55,517 bases of DNA, from the NCBI GenBank assembly GCA_016223015.1, contig JACRPV010000033.1:1-55517 (forward strand), given 5' to 3'. Positions 1-8,762 of this stretch are shown here, piece after piece (the first letter of the stretch is position 1; every line of letters begins with the position of its first letter). Both the position numbers and the translations under genes were made by a program. This DNA is from Geobacter sp. (GTDB lineage: Bacteria; Desulfobacterota; Desulfuromonadia; Geobacterales; DSM-12255). The notes beneath the pieces were generated by a model that saw only the letters and a program-made list of their open reading frames with translations, searched no databases and was not told where the DNA came from.

Positions 1-72
1 AGGGGGGTAATCCGGAGACAGGTTTTTGGAAGAAGGCAGGTCAGGAATTTGACAGTCTGGGTCAGCAGGAAG

Positions 73-108
73 GAACCGGCTGGAGAGCCAATGCTCTCCA
101 GCCGGTTC
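73..108. terminator. Perfect 16-bp inverted repeat just downstream of flgE (terminator or 3' stabilising hairpin)
   Basis: GAACCGGCTGGAGAGC-caat-GCTCTCCAGCCGGTTC lies 15 nt past the flgE stop. The following U-tract is weak. Confidence 0.55.
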
Positions 109-123
109 GGGTGGTCACAAAGA

Positions 124-1600
124 TTACCGCTTGAGGGTCAACACTTCCTGGGTCATCTCATCGGCAGTGGTGATGGTCTTGGAGTTTGCCGAGAAAGCCC
201 GTTGTGCCTGGATCAGTTTCACAAACTGAGCTGCGAGATCGACGTTACTCTGCTCCAGTGAATTGGAGAGAACCTTACCGACCCCTGGCGTACTCGCATC
301 GGTGAGCTGGGCCTGACCTGATGCGAGGGTCTCTTCATAGAGTGTCCCCCCCACCTTGGAAAGCCCGTCAGTGGAGGCAAAGCGTGCCAATGCCACCTGG
401 GCGAATTTCTGCGACTGCCCGTTGGTGTAAACGCCGACCACGTAACCCTTTTCATCCACGGCTACGCTGGACAGGCTCCCCTGATAATAGCCGTCCTGAT
501 TCTTGGAATTCACCACAGAAGAGCTGGAGTACTGAGTAGAGGTATTCACCCCGAAATCGAAAAGGAGTGGCTGCGGAGTGGTCACACCGGGGAATGAGAT
601 GTTCTGGGCAGTGGTGGCAGACGGTCCCGCAGTCGGAGAGGTGACGTCGGAAGAGGTAAGAATGCCTCCCGTGCTGTAGGAGAGTGTCCCGTCAACCCAG
701 GAAGGCGTTCCCCCCTCTATGTTGGAATGCCATTCCCAGGCGTTGACGCCGGTTTTCCGGAAATAGGTAGTGGTAGTATGCGGGTTCCCCTGGGAATCGT
801 AGATGGTCATGCTGTTGGAGAAATTGGAGGTTCCAACCGGATCGGTCGTACTGAATGCGGTTGCCGGGGTAGTCGTAGTGGCTGAGACAGCCGCGGTGGA
901 TGCTGCGGCGTTTTGCGTCACACCGGAAAGACCGAAGACAACCTGCTGCGCAGTGCCGTCTATGGTGATGCTGGTGGTGGCATCCGTGGGAGCGGGGAAG
1001 GTGATGCTCCCGGAAGCAGATGCGGTTGCCGGGGTTGCACCGGTCACGTCAGCCGACCATGACCAGGTATCGGCTGCCGTCTTGGTAAAGGTAATGTTGA
1101 CGTCTCGCGTCACACCGCTACTGTCGGTTAGGGTTGTAGCCAGGGGACCGGGCGAAATTGGTTTTGTCAATGGCTCCAAGAACCCCGTTGCTCGTGCCGG
1201 TGGTCTGGTTGATACCATAACCCATGACCTGAAGTCCATCCGGGTTGACGAGAATCTGGTTTTCATCAAAGCTGAACGCGCCGGCCCTGGTATAGCGCAT
1301 GGCCTCACCGGGGTTCTGCACGACAAAGAAGGCATCGCCCTGGATGGCAAGGTCGGTCACATTTTCGGTGGTCTCGAACGACCCCTGGCCGAAGTTGTTC
1401 TGGACCGCCTGGATCTGGACGCCGCGGCCGATCTGGGAATTGTTGCCGACGGATGCGGACAGAACGTCGGAGAAGAGCATCCTGCCTGATTTAAAGCCGG
1501 TGGTATTTACGTTGGAGATGTTGTTGCCGAGCACCGATATTGCCTCACCGTTGGCGGAGAGGCCGCTGATGCCGGTAAACATTGCGGATGTAATACTCAT
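124..1600 (-). pseudogene. flgE: Flagellar hook protein FlgE, split by a frameshift/internal deletion near 1145-1155 (possibly an assembly error)
   Basis: N-terminal frame 1118..1600 has GNNISNVNTTGFK, DLAIQGDAFFVV and YTRAGAF. C-terminal frame 124..1350 has IYDSQG, QDGY and LEQSNVDLAAQFVKLIQAQRAFSANSK. GGAGG RBS at 1606-1610. Confidence 0.9.
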
Positions 1601-1626
1601 GATTGCCTCCTCTGGCTCTTGTTGTC

Positions 1627-1680
1627 GGGTACGTCAGTCGGTCGGTACCCCACGGGCTTCCTTCTGGAGGGCCAGCCCGT
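1627..1680 (-). promoter_or_regulatory. Twin stem-loop, candidate cis-regulatory RNA in the flgE leader
   Basis: Minus strand: ACGGGCU-ggcccuccagaagga-AGCCCGU, one nucleotide, then GGGUAC-cgaccgacugac-GUACCC, about 16 nt before the flgE RBS. Confidence 0.6.
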
Positions 1681-1708
1681 ATTGCTGTTGTGCATGCTGT
1701 TCTCTAGC

Positions 1709-2095
1709 CTAAATCACCACTGCTGAATCAATGTTGGTAAACACGTTTCCCCGCATCGATTCTCTGTCGACAGCCGTAACCACGGTGCGGTTTTTCACAC
1801 TGACGACCAGTGCCGCATCGCCGAGCATCACCAGCGACTCTCGTCCACCTTTCTGGGCAACGCTGTCCACTGCCCCTTCGAGTTTCTGCAGATCGCTTTC
1901 GGTCAGGGTAATCCCCCGGGCCCGCAGCCGTTCCTGGGCGTGTTGGGAAAACCGGACTCCCTGCGACGGAAGCTTTTCATCGAGTATCCTGGCAAATTGG
2001 TTACGGTTTTCTGCGCTGCCGGACTGTTTCGGCCGGGACGCAGGTTGCGGCGTGGTGACCTGGATCGGATTGGGGATGAAGATCCTGTCAACCAC
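1709..2095 (-). CDS. TIGR02530-family flagellar operon protein
   Basis: VRFSQHAQERL...SLV...ALVVSVKNRTVVTA...NVFTNIDSAVVI, in the canonical position between flgD and flgE. Confidence 0.9.
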   Translation of the reverse strand: MVDRIFIPNPIQVTTPQPASRPKQSGSAENRNQFARILDEKLPSQGVRFSQHAQERLRARGITLTESDLQKLEGAVDSVAQKGGRESLVMLGDAALVVSVKNRTVVTAVDRESMRGNVFTNIDSAVVI

Positions 2096-2096
2096 A

Positions 2097-2759
2097 TCAG
2101 GCTCCTTTCACGTTGATAATATCGTCCAGCGGCACGTCTATTCCTCCCAGGGAGAGGACAGGAACCGTCCCTTCCAGGGATACGCCGTCAACCTTTCCCT
2201 GCACCAGAGTCGTAGCGGTAACTTCCTGGCCGGTTGCATTGGTTGCCTTGACCGCAAAGGTGTAGGCCCCCGCGGGAAGAGCTTGGCCGGTATTGCTTTT
2301 GCCATCCCAAGTGAGACTGTTAAGCCCTTCCTGGCATTTCCCCCCGGTGAGTGTTCTCACCAAGGCACCGTTTGCATCACGTATCTCTGCCGACACTTTT
2401 TGGGCAGATGATGCAAGGGTAAAGGAGAGCGTTGGCTGGCCGCCATCGGCAAGATTGACCTGCGAGCCCTTGGCGGTAACGGTATTCCCCAGGAACGAAA
2501 CAGCTGCAACACTGGTTGAATTCCCTTGGGCGTTGATCAGGTTTTCCAGATTGGAATTGGTATTGTACGCCTGCTCCACCTGGGTTAGCTGTGCCAACTG
2601 GGAGACGAACTGCGTGCCGTCCATGGGATTGAGCGGGTCCTGGTTCTGCATTTGCGCAATGAACAGCTTGAGGAAGTCATCCTTGTTCATGCCGGTCGCC
2701 TTTTTCATGGCGGCCGCGCCGGAACTGGCGTCGGTTGCTGTAGTAGTTGCATTGACCAT
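2097..2759 (-). CDS. flgD: Flagellar hook capping protein FlgD
   Basis: DDFLKLFIAQMQNQDPLNPMD motif and WDGK Ig-like domain. Confidence 0.97.
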   Translation of the reverse strand: MVNATTTATDASSGAAAMKKATGMNKDDFLKLFIAQMQNQDPLNPMDGTQFVSQLAQLTQVEQAYNTNSNLENLINAQGNSTSVAAVSFLGNTVTAKGSQVNLADGGQPTLSFTLASSAQKVSAEIRDANGALVRTLTGGKCQEGLNSLTWDGKSNTGQALPAGAYTFAVKATNATGQEVTATTLVQGKVDGVSLEGTVPVLSLGGIDVPLDDIINVKGA

Positions 2760-2774
2760 ATGGTGTCACCTCCT

Positions 2775-4475
2775 TTACATGATCATGTCCAGCAGGGCGT
2801 TTTCCTGAGGTTTCCAGGACGGCACCGCTGTTTGTTCCGCTTCTCCGGCATGGCCGGTCAGCCAACTCGCCAGACGGGGAGCAACCTGCGGCTGCTCCTG
2901 CTGACGCCCTTCGCGGAAACCCTGGTTGAAGAACTGACGACTGTCAGTCGAAACGTCGAATCGCTCCATCGACACGTTCTGCCGTGCCAGCGCCTCCTTC
3001 AGAGAGTCAGCGCCCTGCAGCAATGCGTCCTTCACCGTTTGATTCTCAGCTACGATCTCCACGCGCACCTTCTGGTCGTCCATGCGCACATTGATCTTCA
3101 GCTCACCCAATTGTTCCGGGTGCAGCCTGATGGTAACCTGGCTGCTGTCGGCAACAAAACGATGCTCAGCCAGTTTTTCCTTCACCTGATTGACGATCTG
3201 CTCTCGGGAGGGTGTGGCAGTCCCTTCAGGTGCTGTTGCCTGTCCGGCTGCCAGCTGCTGGGCAACCGCTTCTTTCGCAAACAGGTTGTGCATGCCATGC
3301 TGGAGCCCTTCTTTCTTGACATCGGAAGGTTGCGAATTCCGCTGATCCAGGCCAGTTCCCTGTTCCTGGGCGGAAGATTCTTCGCTCACTACCAGTATCT
3401 CGATCTTACCGGGATCCATCCCCTCCTGCTCAGCAGCAGACTGGAGAGGTTCTTCGCTAGCCGTCCTCTCGCCGGCAGCCCCCTTCTGGGTTGCCTGGGC
3501 CGCAAACATCGCTTTTTCCTGCAGGAATCTGCCGGCCTTTACTTCATGGAGATCGGCAGGAGCTGCAACCTGCGTAGAGGAATCCTGGGCAACTGGTGGA
3601 GTAACGTCAGAGGGAGTCCCTGTCAGGCTTCCGGCCGTACCAATATCCGCCAGCTTCACAAGTGACGGCTGTTCAGTTGCACGACGCTCGACCGGTCCTG
3701 CCTGTACTGGAGCAAGAGCCGGAGTTGTCTCGTTTGCATGCAGGGCTGACCGGTCGGTTGAGGAATTGCTCGTCCCCTGCTGAGCCTGCATGAGCGAGCT
3801 GTTGAGTGCCGCCACGAGCTGTGTCAGGGCTTCCTGTGCATCACTCGTCTGGCCCGGCTGTCCGCCCGACTCGTTCATAAGGAGACTTGCCGACTCTCCT
3901 TCCTTTGCGGTTGTCGCAGGGTTGAGCGCTCCGCGCAATTCCCCCTGCATTGCTTCAGTCAACGAACCATCCTGGGTCATCAGACTCCGGACTTCTTCCA
4001 GGAGTTGCTCGACCTTTTGTGCATCCGCGTTTTCGCTTTCACTGCTTCCCACTTTCCGACCTTCTGTCAGCTGGTTGTGAAGCGCATTGAGCAGATGCAT
4101 TACCGATAGTGCCGCTGCATTTTCCCCGGAGAGAGCCGCAGGGTCCTGCAGAGTCGAGTCATTCTCGTCCGCGGGCTTCTCTTCCGTTGTTGCCATCTCC
4201 TGCAACAGTTGCCCTTCTGCAAGCAGAGGAGCGGAGGTCGTCATTTCTGCAGCATTACCATTACTTCCCTGTACCTGCGGCAGAACGCCTTCCGGACTGG
4301 CCTCCCGGTGAGGAGTACCCAGCAGTCGGGAAATCAACTCCCCGAATACCGGAGCATTACCGGTTTTGCCGGCAGTAGCCGCTCCATCCTGAACCTGACC
4401 CCCTGTGGGGTTCCCTGCTGTCACGGCATTCTGACTGGCAACCTGCACCATACTGCACATCATTGACATTTCCAT
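2775..4475 (-). CDS. fliK: Flagellar hook-length control protein FliK
   Basis: Long low-complexity N-terminus and C-terminal IRLHPEQLGELKI motif. Start moved to the ATG after the GGAGG RBS. Confidence 0.92.
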   Translation of the reverse strand: MEMSMMCSMVQVASQNAVTAGNPTGGQVQDGAATAGKTGNAPVFGELISRLLGTPHREASPEGVLPQVQGSNGNAAEMTTSAPLLAEGQLLQEMATTEEKPADENDSTLQDPAALSGENAAALSVMHLLNALHNQLTEGRKVGSSESENADAQKVEQLLEEVRSLMTQDGSLTEAMQGELRGALNPATTAKEGESASLLMNESGGQPGQTSDAQEALTQLVAALNSSLMQAQQGTSNSSTDRSALHANETTPALAPVQAGPVERRATEQPSLVKLADIGTAGSLTGTPSDVTPPVAQDSSTQVAAPADLHEVKAGRFLQEKAMFAAQATQKGAAGERTASEEPLQSAAEQEGMDPGKIEILVVSEESSAQEQGTGLDQRNSQPSDVKKEGLQHGMHNLFAKEAVAQQLAAGQATAPEGTATPSREQIVNQVKEKLAEHRFVADSSQVTIRLHPEQLGELKINVRMDDQKVRVEIVAENQTVKDALLQGADSLKEALARQNVSMERFDVSTDSRQFFNQGFREGRQQEQPQVAPRLASWLTGHAGEAEQTAVPSWKPQENALLDMIM

Positions 4476-4554
4476 ATCTGTCTCACCTCCTTTCTTTTTT
4501 GGATTATGCACCACCCCAAGACAACCGGATCAGCCGGTTATCCTGGAGAAATCG

Positions 4555-5112
4555 TTAACGCTTGGCACCTGCCTGAAGGTTTTCCTTGATCCATTTCAGC
4601 AACCGCTGCTGGCTGATGAATTTTGCCAGCTTCAGCACGGTCTTCTGATCGTATTTTTCCAGAAGACCAATGGCAATCGGCTCCTCCAGCTTATCCATGA
4701 TCTTGGCCGCCTCTTCCGGTCGCATCGCCTTGAGAAGCTTGAACATTTTCATGTATTTCGCATTTGCCAGTTCCGCTTCTCGTTTTTTCTTCTCGTTAAG
4801 GGCGTCCTCAAAGGTCTTCTGGGCTGCGTTCAGTGCCTTGAGACGGGCATCGAGTCCGGAAGAGATCCGATTGAGTTCCTGTTCTTTGGCAGCAAGGGCC
4901 GCTTCTTTCTCCATGAGCTGTTGGCGGCGCTTCTCAATCCCCATCAGCTCTTCCGCAACATTCCTCTGTTGAACCTCCGGCTTGCCCGTATCAGCCCCTT
5001 TAACGGCTGAACCTCCCCCCGGCATTGCCGAATGCAGTACCGTCGCCCCTCCGCTGATGAGCCAGATCGCAACGGCTCCTGCAACAAGCACAGTTATGAC
5101 CAGTTTTTTCAT
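4555..5112 (-). CDS. MotE/YlxF/FlbB-like flagellar protein (N-terminal TM, coiled coil, MgtE_N-like tail)
   Basis: Hydrophobic N-terminus, coiled coil, KAMRPEEAAKIMDKL. Located between fliJ and fliK. Confidence 0.75.
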   Translation of the reverse strand: MKKLVITVLVAGAVAIWLISGGATVLHSAMPGGGSAVKGADTGKPEVQQRNVAEELMGIEKRRQQLMEKEAALAAKEQELNRISSGLDARLKALNAAQKTFEDALNEKKKREAELANAKYMKMFKLLKAMRPEEAAKIMDKLEEPIAIGLLEKYDQKTVLKLAKFISQQRLLKWIKENLQAGAKR

Positions 5113-5117
5113 CTGTC

Positions 5118-5555
5118 TCAGCGACCTTTCTTCTGAATCGCAATCTCGTCCAGGAAATGCCGGTCCTTGGCCATCTGGTCCTTCACATCTGCGGCCATCT
5201 TACGGTCCTTGAAGGTTTCCAGGACTTTCTTTTCCTTTGCTGCATGCAGAAGGGTCTCTCGCTTCTCGGTAACCTTGCAGTCCAGGGTGTGGACCTCATC
5301 GCGCTGCTGATTGATTTCACCCTGTTTTTTCCGGAAGAAGTTTGCATACATCTGCAGCTCTACGGCATCGATCCCATCCGTCTGTTTGCAGACAAACTCA
5401 TGGGCAACATGAGCCGCATGCTCTTCCTCGCGCCGCAACCGCTCTGCAGCATGCTCGAATTCACGCTTGGCATCCGCAAATTCCAGTGTCCGCACCTTCT
5501 CGACTTCCTTGCGGTAATTCAATACCTGTTGAAGCTTGAATCCCTTCTTGTGCAT
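5118..5555 (-). CDS. fliJ: Flagellar export protein FliJ
   Basis: [12 protein letters not shown]-terminus, coiled coil, LDEIA C-terminus. Follows fliI. Confidence 0.93.
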   Translation of the reverse strand: MHKKGFKLQQVLNYRKEVEKVRTLEFADAKREFEHAAERLRREEEHAAHVAHEFVCKQTDGIDAVELQMYANFFRKKQGEINQQRDEVHTLDCKVTEKRETLLHAAKEKKVLETFKDRKMAADVKDQMAKDRHFLDEIAIQKKGR

Positions 5556-5594
5556 TTTCTACTCCTGCCACCCCGACTCCCGGAAAATCCGGAG

Positions 5595-6926
5595 TCAATG
5601 CGCCAGCCCTTCGCCAAAGAGCCCCTTCAGCCTTTCCACTGCCTGCCCTATGCTGATGCCATTATGAATATCCTGTTTTATGAAGGCGGTCATTTCTTCC
5701 ATTTTGGCAATGGCACTGTCGATTTTCGGATTACTCCCCGCCTTGTAGGCACCGATATTGATGAGGTCTTCAGACTGCCGATACACTGCCATCAATTCCT
5801 TGAATTTCCCTGCCATCTGCTGTTGCTCTCGCTCGGTCACATCGATCATGACCCTGCTGGCACTGGACAGGACATCGATGGGGGGATAGACGTTTCGTGC
5901 TGCGAGTTCGCGTGACAGCGTGATATGCCCGTCAAGAATGCTCCGCATGGCATCGGAAACCGGCTCGTTGAAGTCATCTCCTTCCACCAGGACGGTATAG
6001 AGCCCCGTGATGCTGCCGTTCTGGAAGTTGCCTGATCTTTCAAGCAGTTTGGGCAAAGCGGCAAAGACCGACGGCGTATACCCCTTGGTTGTCGGCGGTT
6101 CACCGATCGCCAATCCAACTTCCCTCATGGCCATGGCGAACCGGGTGGCCGAATCCATCATCAGGAGCACCTTCTTCCCCTTGGACTGGAAATATTCGGC
6201 AATGGTTGTAGCAATGTAGGCCCCACGCATGCGAACCAACGGTGGTTGATCAGATGTGGCAACTACCAGAACCGATTTCTTTAGTCCTTCTTCCTGCAGG
6301 TCCTTCTCGATGAACTCCCTCTGTTCACGGCCACGTTCTCCGATCAGGGCAATGCCGTTGATGTCGGCTTCGGTGTAGCGGGCAATCATACCCAGCATGG
6401 TGGACTTACCCACACCGGAGCCGGCAAATATCCCCACCCGTTGCCCCTCGCCACAGGTCAAAAGGCCGTTGATCGCCCTGATCCCCAGGTCGAGCGGCTT
6501 TCTGATGGGAGATCGCTTGAGCGGATTGACCGGTATCGCGTAAATGGGGTATTCCTCCTCGGCAACGATCGGCCCTTTATCGTCGATGGGAATGCCGAGC
6601 CCGTCAATAACACGACCGAGCAGGCCAGGTCCCACCTTCATGGATGCCTTTTGCCGACGCATGGTTATGAGGCTCCCCAGCCCCACCCCCCGCAACTCTC
6701 CCAACGGCATCAGTAGCGTCTTGTTGTCACGGAACCCTACTACTTCGGCAAGAATGGGGTCCCCATCAGTGGTGTGAATCTCACACAGGCTTCCCACCGC
6801 AGTATCGGGGCAGTAACCCTCGATTACCAAACCGACCACCTGGGTCACCTTCCCATGAAAGCGTACCAGTTTCAGGTCGTTTATGACCGACATGTAGCGT
6901 GGCAGATGGATAGCCGATTCACTCAC
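5595..6926 (-). CDS. fliI: Flagellar export ATPase FliI
   Basis: Walker A AGSGVGKS, LLMMDSATRFAMA, EPPTTKGY, YPPIDVL. Confidence 0.97.
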   Translation of the reverse strand: MSESAIHLPRYMSVINDLKLVRFHGKVTQVVGLVIEGYCPDTAVGSLCEIHTTDGDPILAEVVGFRDNKTLLMPLGELRGVGLGSLITMRRQKASMKVGPGLLGRVIDGLGIPIDDKGPIVAEEEYPIYAIPVNPLKRSPIRKPLDLGIRAINGLLTCGEGQRVGIFAGSGVGKSTMLGMIARYTEADINGIALIGERGREQREFIEKDLQEEGLKKSVLVVATSDQPPLVRMRGAYIATTIAEYFQSKGKKVLLMMDSATRFAMAMREVGLAIGEPPTTKGYTPSVFAALPKLLERSGNFQNGSITGLYTVLVEGDDFNEPVSDAMRSILDGHITLSRELAARNVYPPIDVLSSASRVMIDVTEREQQQMAGKFKELMAVYRQSEDLINIGAYKAGSNPKIDSAIAKMEEMTAFIKQDIHNGISIGQAVERLKGLFGEGLAH

Positions 6927-6929
6927 GGC

Positions 6930-7751
6930 TTATCCCTCTTCAGCAAGTTTGATGGACGGCTCATAGGGTATTCCCCGTTCTTCGAGGCAGCGTCGGAATA
7001 TCTCCTCAAGCTGAACCTCAACCCGCGCATCGACCGTTCCGGTCGGCGTTTCCACTTGACACCCGCCGAGCTTCACCGACTCGTCGGGAGCAAGGGTAAT
7101 CCGGCCTTCTTCATCGGCCATTGGGAGAAACTCCTGCCTGTTTTCCATGAATAGACGATAGTCGTCCGGGTTGAGACGAACGGTGATCTTATCAAACTCG
7201 GAACAGCAGTTAATCGTTTCGTTCACGATATTTGCCAGTATCCGCTGGTCGCTTTTCAACTCCTGCAAGATGATCTTGCGCGCAATAAGAATTGACAGCG
7301 CGAGCAGGTCCCCCTCGCTCTCCCGGAAAACCCTCTCGCGTAGCGAATCAATCCCTTCCAGTCCATCCCGCAATGCCTTGAACACATTGGACAGGCCGCG
7401 CTCCGCAGCCTGTTTCCCCTCATCCAACCCGCGGGCGTAAGCCTCGGCGACCCGGCGTTGCAGGTCATCCTCGGCTATGGCGATCATTCCGGCTTCCAAA
7501 GTCTCTCTGCCCGATGCGCCACCAGCCTCATCCGGCGGTTCCTGAGTCAGTCCCAGCACTCGGTGTTCAACTTCTTCGCCTCGCGGCCCTGCCGCATCGT
7601 TGAAAAACAATGGGGTGAATCCGTCAGCTTCAAGGTAGACATTTTTCGCGTCATTCTCGTCGTCGGCACTCCCGATCAGCACCTGGTAATTGACATTATG
7701 AACCCGATGATCCTTGAGCTGATCGGGCTTGATGACCTTAGACGAGAACAT
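6930..7751 (-). CDS. fliH: Flagellar assembly protein FliH
   Basis: AYARGLDEG repeat, VRLNPDD, GGCQVETPTGTVDA. Start at MFSSKVIK overlapping the fliG end. Confidence 0.92.
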   Translation of the reverse strand: MFSSKVIKPDQLKDHRVHNVNYQVLIGSADDENDAKNVYLEADGFTPLFFNDAAGPRGEEVEHRVLGLTQEPPDEAGGASGRETLEAGMIAIAEDDLQRRVAEAYARGLDEGKQAAERGLSNVFKALRDGLEGIDSLRERVFRESEGDLLALSILIARKIILQELKSDQRILANIVNETINCCSEFDKITVRLNPDDYRLFMENRQEFLPMADEEGRITLAPDESVKLGGCQVETPTGTVDARVEVQLEEIFRRCLEERGIPYEPSIKLAEEG

Positions 7752-8730
7752 CGTCGCCCCCGCGACCCGCAATGACAACCTTCCCGTCTTCCTCCATCTT
7801 CCGCACGATCTTGATGATCTCCGACTGGGCCTTTTCCACATCGGAAAGCCGCACCGGTCCCATGACCTCCAGGTCTTCCTTGATCATCTCGGCGGCGCGG
7901 CTGGAGATATTGCGGAAAATCTTGTCCTTCACTTCGTCGGTAGTGGCCTTCATGGCAAGGGTGAGTGTATCGTTGGAAACCTCGCGCATGATTGCCTGAA
8001 TCGAACGATCGTCGAGTTTGAAGATATCCTCGAAGGTAAAGAGGTGCTTGCGAATGATCTCGGCCAATGGAGGATTCATGACATCCAGTTTGTCGAGGAT
8101 ATGTTTCTCCTTGCTGCGGTCCAGATGATTGAACATCTCCACGACCTTTTCCACACCACCGACCTTGAAGCGCTGTATCCCTCCCATGGCAGTCAATTCG
8201 CGTCGGATCACGTCATCTATATCATTGAGTATCTCGGGAGAAACCTGGTCCACGTCAGCAATCCGGATAACCACTTCGGCCTGGAGATCAAGCGGTAAAT
8301 GTCCCACGATTTCACTGGTCTGCTTGGGTCTCAGCTTGGCGACGATAACGGCAATGGTCTGTGGATGCTCCTGGGACAGAAAGTTGGCAATCGTCTTGGC
8401 GTCCATGTTGGACAGGATATCCTCTATGTCGCCATAGTCGGCCGTCTGCATCTCCTGGAGCAGCATCTCGGCCTTTTGCGGTCCCAGCGCCTTTTCCAGG
8501 ATCTTGCGGACAAATTCGTCTCCCTTGGAGAAAAAACCCGCTTCCGGACTGGTAATCTGATGGAATTCACTCACTACTTCCTGGATGACCGGAAGGGTGA
8601 CATGACCAAGATTGGCCATGCTCTGACTGATCTTTTTGATATCAAGATCGTCCAGATGCGAAAAGACCTTGCTGGTCGCTTCGGTCCCCACATATAGCAA
8701 TAATATGGCAGCCTTTTCAGCTCCCGTCAT
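7738..8730 (-). CDS. fliG: Flagellar motor switch protein FliG
   Basis: EKAAILL, EHPQTIA, FTFEDI, MGPVRLSDVEKAQ. Confidence 0.98.
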   Translation of the reverse strand: MTGAEKAAILLLYVGTEATSKVFSHLDDLDIKKISQSMANLGHVTLPVIQEVVSEFHQITSPEAGFFSKGDEFVRKILEKALGPQKAEMLLQEMQTADYGDIEDILSNMDAKTIANFLSQEHPQTIAVIVAKLRPKQTSEIVGHLPLDLQAEVVIRIADVDQVSPEILNDIDDVIRRELTAMGGIQRFKVGGVEKVVEMFNHLDRSKEKHILDKLDVMNPPLAEIIRKHLFTFEDIFKLDDRSIQAIMREVSNDTLTLAMKATTDEVKDKIFRNISSRAAEMIKEDLEVMGPVRLSDVEKAQSEIIKIVRKMEEDGKVVIAGRGGDDVLV

Positions 8731-8762
8731 AGCATCCCTCTACATTCCCGATCTACGGTTCC

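Noticed and set aside
1150-1350. N-terminal extension of ORF 124..1350 as a separate gene, or programmed frameshifting in flgE
   Set aside because: The extension is out-of-frame flgE sequence, there is no slippery motif, and conserved residues are missing.
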